NCBI RefSeq assembly: GCF_006345805.1
Contig: NC_043004.1
Location: 78,802,001 to 78,866,000, forward strand
Source: Octopus sinensis
Lineage: Eukaryota
Reading direction: 5' to 3'
Length of the DNA: 64,000 bases
Shown here: piece by piece, positions 24,625-35,904 of the stretch
How the letters are laid out: every line of letters begins with the position of its first letter
Numbering within the stretch: position 1 is the stretch's first letter
The notes under the pieces: generated by a model
Seen by the model: only the letters and a program-made list of their open reading frames with translations
Told to the model about the DNA's origin: nothing
Database searches by the model: none
Position numbers and translations under genes: made by a program

Positions 24625-25140
24625 AGCTGTAGGAAGTGCGAACGATTCTCCTTTACGGCAGCGAGTCAAGGCCAATGAGGGTGGAAGATATTAAGCGACT
24701 AGATTCTTCGACCACCTCTGTCTACGCCGCATTCTTCGTGTCAGATGGCATCACTTTGCCTCCAACAATTTGGTGCGACACCAGTGCAGAATCACATCCC
24801 TCCGACAAGTCATCCTAACGAGACGTCTGCTTTGGCTGGGTCATGCCCTCCGTCGTCAACCAGGAGAATTCATTTACGAAGCAATTGCCCCAGCTCCCCT
24901 TCAGGGTTGGCGAAAGCGATGTGGTGGACAACGAAAAACCTGGCTGATCTGGAACCCAACCTAGGACCCCATATCCACAGCGTTCGTCGTTGGAATAAGG
25001 AGTGGTTGTAGATCACGCGGTCGTTAGCCTCAAATCGCCAGGTCTGGTCGGCGTTTGTGAGAGATGCAGTATTGAGGATGAATGAAGCCAGCTCAACCCA
25101 ACCCGGGTGAATGCTGTCTGAAGACGAGTCAAAAGTAAGT
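24625..25140 (+). mobile_element. RTE-clade LINE 3' fragment (RT C-terminal pseudogene)
   Basis: VRTILLYGSE..CLRRILRVRW..RRLLWLGHALRR..GGQRKTW..ASNRQVWSAFVRD with frameshifts. Confidence 0.9.
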
Positions 25141-25519
25141 AGGAAGTTTCTTGGAGCCTCAAACAAAAGAGTTCTTCTACGCCGGGATAATGGCGCTTCA
25201 GCACCGCCGGAGAAAGTGTTCAGCCATTGAGGGGACTATGCTGGAAAATAAATCATCAGAAGTCTTGTACCATGTTTTGTTATTTTGAGGCTCAAGACTT
25301 TTCAGACACCCCTCGTATATAGTTGGAATTATAAGACTGCAAACTTGCAGAATCGTTTACTCGTTCTGAGCTCAAATTCGACAAAGATTGACTTTGAATT
25401 TCATCCTTTGGGGTACGATAAAATAAATGCCAGTTGAACAGAGGGGGTCGATATAATTGGCTTATCCCCTCCTTGTGCCAGAATTTGAAATCAATATTGT
25501 TTTGAATCTTCTTAATGCG

Positions 25520-25720
25520 GTGAAGTGGCTGAGTCAGTTGGACGCCGGACAAAATGCTTATCGACAGTTCGTCCGTCTTTGCGTTCTGAGTTCAAAGTCC
25601 GCTGAGCTCCACTTTGTCTTTCGGGGTCGATGAAATAAGTACAAGATGGTCACTGGGGTCGATGTAATTGACCAGCCCATGCCCGTATTTTCAGTTCGTG
25701 TGCCTATACTAGAAAGAATT
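25520..25720 (+). mobile_element. SINE family A (short form)
   Basis: Head, GTTCTGAGTTCAAA, GGGGTCGAT blocks. Confidence 0.75.
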
Positions 25721-26453
25721 ATTGTGGATCTTCTTAAAAACTAAGCCTACCTTGGATTTAGCTGGAATATAAAAATTGTAAGCAATGTTTACATTATGAT
25801 CCATTATTCTCATAAACGATTGGTGTTTAATTATGATTTCCAATAATGTCTGTATATTTAGGCTTTCCACGATGTTTTTTTAATTGTTTATTTATATTAT
25901 ATTATTATATCCTTTCAAGATTGTTTTTGCGTAGCAATGCGGGATGTAATTCTTGAATAACTGTTTGAATAGCGTCTTGTCCGTTTCACACACGTTCCTG
26001 CTGCACTCTGTAAAGATGAATTCATTTGAATTACATAGCATATGCATCTATGTGTATTGAATGCAAATATATACGTAGAAAATACATGTATATATGCAAA
26101 TATATATATATGTGTGCGTGTGTATGTGTGTGTATGTATGTATGTATATAAATAGTAAGGGATTACTCCAAAGTTTACCGGTTTACTTTATCATTATCGT
26201 AAAACAAACTCTCGGTTTCAGTTTCAATAAAATATCCATATGCATGCATACATACATACATACATACACACACACGTATATATATATACATACATACATA
26301 TATGCATAATACGCACACATGTGCGCGCAAACACACAGACACACAGCACCATTGGATTTTTGAATGAAATTTGAATTAAATTTCCAATGGCTGAGGATTA
26401 GCATCACGCTTTTGAAACTCGGAGTACTAACGAATTTGAATCAAACTGTTTAG

Positions 26454-26508
<55 letters not shown>

Positions 26509-26520
26509 AAATATGTGTGT

Positions 26521-26661
26521 ACGACGAGTTTCTTTCAGTTTCCGTCTACCAAATTCACTCACAAGGCTATGGTCGGCCCGAGGCTATAGTAGAAGACACT
26601 TGCCCAAGGCGTCACGCAGTGGGACTGAACCCTGAACATGTTTTTGGGAAGCAAGCTTCTT
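26521..26661 (-). mobile_element. SINE family C, 3' part (split by the 2-kb insertion; its 5' part is 28692..28720)
   Basis: Contiguous SINE consensus resumes at 28708 (ACCATACAGCCA) after the duplicated GGGAAGCAAGCTTCTT. Confidence 0.9.
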
Positions 26662-28691
26662 TATTTCATTAAATTTGCCACAAGGGCAGCACACAGAGAG
26701 AAGCTTGAGGGCTAGACAGAAACATTAATGGGATGAATGATGATGATATATGGATGATAAGGATGGGAGAAGACGAAAAGCGCCCGCCGACTTTCGCTTC
26801 TCTAAAACATTGTTCTTTTTTTCTTTTTTGTTTTAAAAAACACAATGAGGCAATAAACCTCTTACATAGTTCAAAATTAAAAATAAAACACAAACACGAG
26901 GCAATAATCCTCTCACTTTTTACATTTTTAGTCTCTTTTTGAGGTAATATACCTCTTCAATTTTTCCGCCCGGCCAGGCTCCTCGCTTCATCGAAGCACC
27001 TGGTCCGTTCCGAACTTAAAGGCTTCAACATAAATCTGAAGGAGTCCTTCGGGAAGGAATTCGTTATCCTGCGCAGATCGTTCTCCCATATGACCTCCGC
27101 AGCCACCTGCGAAGGCCACTCAGGGTCCTCCGTGTAGGACAGAAGCCCCTCTCACCGGCACTTCCTTTCAATTTTTTTGATTTCATTTTTCAAGGTTCCT
27201 CCCTTGTGGAAGAGGAACAAAAATTCCTCCTCCAGCAGCACACCCGCCAAAGGAGAATCGGGACACGCCGGCAGCGTGTCACAACTCGCCGGTAATGTCC
27301 GTTTTTCCTTTTTCTCTTCTATTTCCCTTGGGCTGCGGGAGGGTGGTGTTCCCTTGCTGTGTCCAGCAGGTCCTCCTTTTCTCCCGCAGCTCTCGGGTTC
27401 TTCGGTGAGCAACCATTGTTGCCCACCTTTCGCTTTCGTTTTTTCGAGGAGGTTTCCACCTCCTCGACATCCTCCTCCTTCTCTCCCTCCATTGAAGGAG
27501 CAGGGAGTGGTTCCTCTGTTAACTGCTCCAGGATCCTATTTTGGTCCTTGGGCAGTTTTTCTTGATGTGGCCGGTCTCCAGGCACAGGTGACACTTGGGA
27601 GGGGGGGCGTCCCTCGAGCATCACCGGATACCTAGACCCGGCCATCCTAAAAAATTCTGGGAAAACCAGACTTTCAGCTGATTGGGTCCATAGGGTCAAC
27701 ACAGCTTTTGACACCTCCCAATTAGCCGCAGGCAAAATTTTTACGTTGAGCAGCTTGGTACTGCTACCACCCAGACCCCGGCGGATAGAGTCCTCTATCC
27801 ACTCGGGCTCAAATTCCGGTTGGCAAGCCTCAAACCCAAGCCCTCGTTAACTTCTTTCCACAATAACTGGGAAGAAACATTATTTCCTTCCCCTCGAGGG
27901 ACCGGCTTGCAAAATCGCAAGTTTCTTTGGGGGAGTCAAATAGCAACCAGACCGTTGCAAATTTGACTCCCCGTGAAATAAATTTAATAGCTGGCATGTA
28001 TTCTGCCAGCTCTTTCAAAATTGTGGCTTTCGGGAAGACGGTTATGGTATCGAGCGACTTTGAATAAGTCCTCAAAACCACCGTCTTCCTTTCGAGCTCT
28101 TTTAGCCATGATTTGGGAGGTGTTAATTCCCACACTAATATTTCCTTTGCCATTTTTTTAAAATAAAAAGTTCAAATACAGTTCGTCAATACGTTTTCAA
28201 ATAAAGAAAGTTACACAAAAAAAGAAAGAAGACACAACAGAAGGGAAGAAAAAATAAAAATAACAGTTCAAATAAAGTTCTTTTTTTATATATAATAAAT
28301 GATAGCTGTGAAAAGAGAGTTCAAATCCAGGCAAAGAAATAAATTTTCGGCCGAAAGGTACTCCTGGCCAATCCTTTTAATCCACGTGGGCACAAAAATT
28401 TTCAAATACAATTTCTCACAATTATGTGAGACAACACACACGTCTCCACAGCAAGGCAAACAAAAAGCCCCGAATCCAGTAAGGGCTCCTTGCCTGTTCA
28501 AAAAAATAAAACCAACAGGCAACAAATCCTACTGGACTCAATAGCAAAAAGTCTTACTTTACAGTAGAGCGTCTTTCAGTTCAACTTTCGCCAGCTGCAT
28601 ACCAGCGTGACGACTTCAACAGGTGCGTGAAGAACACTGCTTTTGTTCTTTTTAGGACGGAGCTCAAAGCTACACGTCTTCACTGTTCAAC
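26662..28691 (-). mobile_element. ORF1-only (RT-less) non-LTR retroelement, Tx1/L1-like, with 16-bp TSD
   Basis: TSD GGGAAGCAAGCTTCTT at 26646..26661 and 28692..28707; ~540-nt 5' UTR, single decayed ORF, ~295-nt 3' UTR; no endonuclease or RT sequence. Confidence 0.8.
26957..28153 (-). pseudogene. Decayed gag/ORF1-like protein (~400 aa) with CCHC zinc knuckle
   Basis: Joining frames gives MAKEILVW..KKLTRAWV*GLP/PEFEPEWIEDSIRR..LEGRPP/KCHLCLETGHIKKNCP (C-x2-C-x4-H-x4-C), an acidic/basic tract, and ..WPSQVAAEVIWENDLRR..AGRKN*; several frameshifts and premature stops. Confidence 0.8.
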
Positions 28692-29178
28692 GGGAAGCAA
28701 GCTTCTTACCATACAGCCAAGATATATATATATATATATATATATATTTATTATATAGAAGGAGCTTCTACAGGACTAAACTCATGGCCATGGGCTCTTA
28801 GGAGCCTCGTTCGATTTGTTTTGCTGCGCCTCTGTTCTGTTTTTGTTTTTGCCAACGGATTTCCTATTTCTTCCTGAAGAGAAAGACACAATATGGTCTC
28901 CTTATTCAATCGGAATTTGGTAAATTGTGGCTTTCGAAACACGTGTAGAATGCAATAAAACGATTTCTGTTCAATCTTCGTTCAACTCCATTTCTTCAAT
29001 TCACTAATAATATTAAAATTCAATTATCCGCACCAACGCATCGTTGCAACACCATATGGTTGTACCTCCAACCGTGCTGTCTTCTGCTGTGATTTTTGCT
29101 ACCAAGGTATCGGTTAAACTTTTGATTAATCTGCAATAAGATATTCATCTTTCTATTTCACAATATATATAATATATT

Positions 29179-29223
<45 letters not shown>

Positions 29224-29235
29224 TATATATATATA

Positions 29236-29920
29236 TATAAACTTAGATAAACTTAGATATGTTCCGACCAGAGATTGGTCCAGGCCATGTCTAACTTAAT
29301 AGCACCACCTGATAGGATTATCCGAATCCTGTTTAAGTCAAGTTTTGTTCAAGTAGTGAGTTCTTGTTGGGTGAGTTGTATCCAGTTTTGTTCAAGTAGT
29401 GAGTTCTTGTTGGGTGAGTTGTATCCAATTATGGGTGGCTTATATGGTATTCTTTGAAGGAATCTTTCCAGACTCTGTTTGAAGTTGATGGGATCCTTTT
29501 CCTCTTTGATCTCCCTCGGGACAATGTTAAATAGGGCAGGGCCTGTTGAGGAAAAGAAATTATGTTGCAGTGTACATGTATGTTGTGATCTTGAAGCTAA
29601 TGTTTAGGTCGTTTGAGCAAAGTTGGCGGTATATTTTCCACATCGTACAAATGATGTACCGCTCACGGCGACGCTGGAGGGAGTAAAGTTTCAAGGCTTT
29701 AAGGCGATCCCAATAATCGAGAGCAGCCATGCCTTCAATTTGTTTAGTGAGAGCCCTCTGGGGTGACTCAATTCTGGAGATGTTTTGTCTTGTGTGAGGA
29801 GACCACAGTGGGCAGCAGTATTCAAGGTGTGGCCGTACAAAGGAGGAAAAAAGTGGTATGATGACACCTTGTTCTCTGGACCGGAAAGTTCTTAAGATCC
29901 AGGAACTCATCCTACGAGCT
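29236..29920 (-). mobile_element. CR1-group LINE 3' fragment
   Basis: ILRTFRSRE..FVRPHLEYCCPLWSPH..YWDRLKALKLYSLQRRRERY..GPALFNIVP; short tandem tail ATCTAAGTTT. Confidence 0.9.
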
Positions 29921-30277
29921 ATATATATATGTTTGTATGTATGTATACATACAAACATTTGTGTGTATGTATACGTACGCTCACACACTATTTAACCTCT
30001 TCAATTTTGTAGAGATATTTTAATTTTGAATCGTTTCTGATTTAAGCTTAAGGCCAGCAATTTCGAAGAGATTAGTCAACATCATCAACCCCAGAACATT
30101 ACTGGTTATTTATTTTTTCGACCACGAATAATTGAGAGGAAAATTTGACCGATGAGATTCAAACTCAGAACGAAGAATCGGAACAAATACTGTCATGCAT
30201 TTTGGCCACTGCTTTGCGATCTCCATCCCAACTCCGCTCCTTTTTTTTTGTATATTTGTATTAGTACTATGGCACTC

Positions 30278-30668
30278 CGTCGGCTACGACGATGAGGGCT
30301 CCAATTGATCCGATGAACGGGACAACCTGCACGTGAAATTAACCTGCAAGTGGTTGAGCACTCCACAGACACGTGTACCCTTAACGTAGTTCTTGGGGAG
30401 ATTCAGCATGACACAGAGCGTGACAAGGCTAGTCCTTGGAAATGCATGTACAACAGAAACAGGAAGAAAGAGTGAGAGGAAGAGTGAGAGAAATTTGCGG
30501 TGAAAGAGTACAGCAGGGTTCACTACCCCACCCCACCCCTACCGGAGCCTCGGGGAATTTTTAGGTGTTTTCACTCAGTAAACACTCAAAACGCCCGGTC
30601 TGGGGATGGAAACCGCGATCCTATGACCGCGAGTCCGTTGCCCTAATCACTGGGCCATTGCACCTCCA
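30278..30668 (-). mobile_element. tRNA-derived SINE family E
   Basis: Head TGGCCCAGTG.TTAGGGCA.CGGACTCGCG; tail shared with 43001..43310; homologous to 55359..55735. Confidence 0.85.
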
Positions 30669-31118
30669 CATATACTAGAGTTTGTTTTCTAGAATATTCC
30701 TTGAGCTGAGTTAAAGACCAGAAATAAATGCTACAGAGACAGAAATGTTATTAATAAGGCGACAGCAGTGACTAGGGTTCAACTATGACGCTAATTCAAC
30801 TACGCAAAAACAACAAACAAACAAACAACAAAAAAAGCAACACAAAATTACCAAAATACCAAGGATGATAATTATTAAACAGTATTAATTTAATTTATCC
30901 TGTTTACACAGAGCTACAAATATTTCGAGGTGTGTTCGAAAGTATGAGCAATTAACTGAAGCTGATGAATTTTTGGTACCGAGTTTATCCATTGGTGAAG
31001 ACGAAAGACAACGTAGATATAGATAAGATTCGAAACCAGGACGTCAAATGATGATAGTGAATAGTGAAAGCTTTTATTTCGTCACTCTGCCGTTTCTTAT
31101 TCTCCTTTGTGCAATAAT

Positions 31119-31514
31119 CTTTTCTTCTCTAGTCACAAGGCCCGAAATCTTTAGGGGGGGGGCAGTCAATTAGATCGACCCCAGTACGCAACTGGTACTT
31201 CATTTATCGATCCCAAAAGGACGAAAGGCAAAGTCGACCTCGGCGGAATTTGAACTCAGAAGGTAGCGGTAGACGAAATACCTATTTCTTTACTACCCAC
31301 AAGGGGCTAAACACAGAGGAGACAAACAAGGACAGACAAACGGATTAAGTCGATTATATCGACCCCACTGCGTAACTAGTACTTAATTTATCGACCCCGA
31401 AAGGACGAAAGGCAAAGTTGACCTCGGCGGAATTTGAACTCAGAAGGTAGCGGCAGATGAAATACGGCTACGCATTTCGCCCGGCGTGCTAACATTTCTG
31501 CCAGCTCGCCGCCT
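31119..31514 (-). mobile_element. Dimeric SINE family A with 19-bp TSD
   Basis: TTCTCCTTTGTGCAATAAT at 31100..31118 and 31515..31533; internal duplication of the body. Confidence 0.9.
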
Positions 31515-31682
31515 TTCTCCTTTGTGCAATAATAGAGATTAAGGATGATATTTGCGATAAAATTTGCAACGTATTGACTTTATCACAGAGATGAAAGTTA
31601 AGTGTTTTCATTAAATTAATCCACGCAAGTCTTCTCTCTGCATCGATGTGAAAGAGTCTACGGCGCAGCCACTACAGAGTAG

Positions 31683-31745
31683 ATCATCATTATCGTCGTC
31701 GTCGTCGTCGTCATCATCATCATCATCATCACCACCACCACCACC

Positions 31746-31790
<45 letters not shown>

Positions 31791-31805
31791 ATCATCATCA
31801 TCATC
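31683..31805. repeat. (CGT)/(CAT)/(CAC) trinucleotide compound repeat
   Basis: Direct. Confidence 0.95.
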
Positions 31806-32645
31806 AATACCCTGGTCATTAGAGTCTTGAATCCCAAGACTCTTAGGACCATTTACTTGGTTTCCATGGCATACAAGAGACTGGTATCACAACATTGCCC
31901 CTGAATGAGACACCAGTCTTTCGCAGGGTGACCCATTTGCAGCTAAGTGGACTGGAGCAACATGAAATGAAGTGTTTTGCTCAAGAACACAACACACTAC
32001 CGGGTCCGGGAATCTACAATCTTGCAATCACGAGCGCAACATGCTAACCATTAAGCTACGTCCTCTCACAAATGTTCAGTGTGCTAGAAAGAGCAGCCAA
32101 ATTATTACCTCAACTACAGGCTACCATCTTAAAAGCAAATGACATATGAAGATAAATTTTATTCCTAGAAAACCTTAGTAGCTGCTGGAATGCCTAAGGA
32201 GCAGTTCGGTAAGTCAGAAATACTAACCGAATTCTTACGTCAGCCATTGTCTACCGTCTTCAAAGCGAAGGACACATAAGCTAAATCCCTACTGCCAACT
32301 GCAAAGCCTTCGATCGACAAAGAACTAAACAAGAACAACAACAACAACGAAGTGATAAGAGAAAACGTCTAGGACAATATATTTGAATAGTGTTGTATAA
32401 AAATAGAGACCAGATGCGTGGGAGAAGTGACAGAGAAATCGGAAGAGAGGAATTAAGTGTCATTAAATAATGAAGTGCAGTCTGAGGGTAAGTTTTAATA
32501 ATCAAGTTACAACCATCTTGAAGAGGGAGTTGCGATAACAGTTTGTGGCAGCAGCTGCTGCTTGCTTACTTTCACAGGAAACGCCACCCTTTTCTCAAAA
32601 TAGACGCCGAGATGAAGAAGGAACAGACAGTGTTTGTAGAGGCAT

Positions 32646-32743
32646 GCATGTATGTATGTATGTATGTATGTATGTATGTATGTATGTATGTATGTATGTA
32701 TGTATGTATGTATGTATGTATTTGTGTGTGTGTGTGTGTTGTG

Positions 32744-32774
<31 letters not shown>

Positions 32775-32775
32775 T
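32646..32775. repeat. (TATG)n/(TG)n microsatellite
   Basis: Direct. Confidence 0.95.
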
Positions 32776-33864
32776 TTGTAAGGAGAGGTATGAAAACAGA
32801 GAGGAAGTACGATGCATTAATGTGAAGTGATTTTGGGTTTGTACAAAATATAGAACGAAAAAGAGCGGGAGCAGAGGAAGGTGCTTCAGCAACGGTATTT
32901 TGGGAGGGTGACATACATCCGTAGAGCATGACAGAAACGTAGGTGTGTGAATATATATCTACGCGTGTTTTAGTGTGCATGTGTCGTCTCTACATGCATA
33001 AATGTGTGTAATTTGATCGATTGATTCATTGGTTGGTTGATTGATTAAGGGACTGAATGAGTAAGTCATTCATTGGGTATTATTGTTTGCAAATAATTCC
33101 TACCATTGAAGCAACCAGTATCCACTTAATCAAAGAATCGTAAATATGCACACGATTGCATGTATAAACACACACACTCACACTCATACATACACACATA
33201 CATACAGAATTTGTTTGCGGTTTAACAAGGCTACCAGTGGTTTTATGTAGGAAGAAATCTTTATTATATTTGTTACATCGGAACTTTGGCTGACACCAAA
33301 GCTCCCACGAGGTAGGCTTTGCTTTTGGGGTCGATAAAATAAGTACCAGTTGAATACTGGGGTCGACATGCTCTCTCCCTGAAACCGCTGGCCTTAAGTC
33401 AAAACTTCAAACCAATATATAGTTGGAATTCTAAGAAACAAGCAGGCAGAATCGTTACTAAGTTGGAGAAAATGCTTAGCAGCATTTCGTTCTGAATTCA
33501 AATTCTGTCGGGATCGACTTTGCGTTTAACCCTTTCGGGGTCGATAAAATAAGTACCAGTTGAACATTGGAGATCGATATAATCAAGGTACCCCCTGTCT
33601 CGAAACTGCTGGGCTTGTATCAAAATTTGAGACCAATATATTGTTAGAATTGCAGAGTGTTTTCTTTCTAAGTGAATTTTCTCGGTAATTTAATGAATTT
33701 TTAAACAAATCCATAAATGGACAAAATTACTGCGAAGAAGAAGAAACAAACAAGTAAAGGATATTATAAATATAATCACTTTGCAAAGATTTCCAGATAT
33801 TTTGATTAAAACCTAAACATGCAGAACAAGTTTTTCGGAAAGTATTTTAGTCACTGTCTTTTAT

Positions 33865-34084
33865 TAGTTTCAGCCCTGAAACTGCGGTAATACTGGGGCG
33901 CCACGAAACTGCGTCCCATACTGGGGTGCTCTCAATCGACTCCAGAACCTATTTTTTTAATGACTGTTACTTTTGTCGAAACGTTAGGTTATGGGGACAT
34001 AACCCATAACCTCTCTCCTATTACCGCTTTCCCCCCACAAAGCGGTAGTGGGGGACAAACAGACACAAAGTCACACACCTACAC

Positions 34085-34142
<58 letters not shown>

Positions 34143-34275
34143 GACGGGCTTCTTTCAGTTTCCGTCTACCAAATTGACACACAAGGCTTTGGTCGGCCCG
34201 AGGCTATAGTTGAAGACACTTGTCCAAGAACCAGAGACCTTGTGTTTGGGATGCAAACATCTTACCGCACAGCCA
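33865..34275 (-). mobile_element. Composite SINE (family D + microsatellite + family C), reverse orientation
   Basis: Same module order as 22459..22905, inverted. Confidence 0.7.
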
Positions 34276-35108
34276 TTGAGAAAAATAGACTTTAATACTA
34301 AAGTACACACTTCCGAAATATTTTTTTTCGTTTATCTGAGGTTTTCTCTCAATCCATTCTCTATTTAGTTCTTGGATATGGTGCAAGTCTAACAAAAGAG
34401 ATAATGCTATTTCCGCCGGAAACCTGCCGGCTCTACACATTTTCATTTGCCAAAAAATATAAAATAAACGAAATAAAAAACAAAAGCAATTATCATAATG
34501 CAACGTTTATTCACCTCTAAGTAAGTAAAATATAATTTTGTTAAAATCAAGCTGATGTAAAAAAAAAAAAAACAACCTCCCGCACCAGAAAAACTATAAA
34601 AATAAGTCTCAAGAATGATTGTCACGTGATGTCTCATGGTAATCAGGCGTTCTTTCCACTGTATTTCGAAACTTGACATTAAGCGTAAAGTATGCTTTTT
34701 TTTTTACTTCTTATTGCTGAATGCGTAAATCGGTGCGTCGACCAAAATAAGTTAAAATACATCAAATTGCGTCTTTTACCACTGATTAATAGATTTCGAC
34801 AAAATAAGGACCAGGCTAATTATTGAGATGAACATGGAAACACTCTAAGGCGGCGAACTGGTGGAATCGTTAGGTCGCCGGACAAAATGTACAGCAATAT
34901 TTCATCCGTTGTTACGACGGAGTTCATCCTTTGCTTTCGAGGTCGATAAAATAAGTAGAAGTCGGACGCTCGGGTTGATATACTCGACTTAGCCCCTTCC
35001 CTCCCAAATTGCTGGCCTTGCGCCAAAATTTGAAACTAATGTAAAAATTATTGTTTAGAAAATTACTATTTTAAAATCTCACAACAGGAGATATTCGGCA
35101 AGAGTACT

Positions 35109-35429
35109 TTGGAGTAAAGGTTGTTTTCCAACATAACATGGCAGTCCTAGTTTAGGACGAATGTTGCTGTAAATTAGCCCCAGGAGACATCGTCTCCAGC
35201 TGGCTATACGACACGATCTAACCGAACAATTATTCGGTGCTGATGAAGGAAAAAACCCGGAAATCGCGATATACAGATATTGTTTTGAGCTGAGTGGGAG
35301 TGCTAGATTCCCTTGTTCAAAAAATATAAGGACAGAGATCGTGTCGTATGTCTCCTGGGGCTAAATTACAGCAACATTCGTCCTAAACCAGGACTGCCAT
35401 GTTATGCTGTCAAACAACCTTTACTCCAA
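35109..35429. mobile_element. Fold-back/MITE-like element, ~95-110-bp inverted arms
   Basis: 35109..35219 is the reverse complement of 35336..35429 apart from a ~15-nt insertion; CTGATGA..GAAA motif in the spacer. Confidence 0.85.
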
Positions 35430-35904
35430 TTATTCTTTAGTTTATCTTCTGTCTTCGGACACTTCGGCGTTTTGTAATGGTTTCTGATTTCGGCACAAGG
35501 CCAGCTATTTTGTGGAGAGGATATTAGTCGAATATATCTACCCCAGAACGTGAACTGGTAGTCTCTTCATCGATCCATGAGGGGATGAAAGGCAGAGTTG
35601 ACGTCAGTGGAGATTGAACTCAGAACGTACAGTGCCGGAGCAAATGTCAGAAGGAATATTCCTGACGTTTTAACGATTCTGTAAGTCCATAGCCCTTTAA
35701 TAATTTTTGTTTCCACAATTGGCGCAAGGCCTGAAATTTTGGTGGGATGGTGGGGTGGGGCTAGGGGTCTTGGAAGCTAATCGATTACATCGATCTCATT
35801 ACTCAACCAATACTTATTTTATCGATCACCGAAAGACATTAAAGGCCATGTCAACTTTAGCGGAATTTCAACTCAGAAAGTAAAGCCGGAAGAATGATCT
35901 ATTG

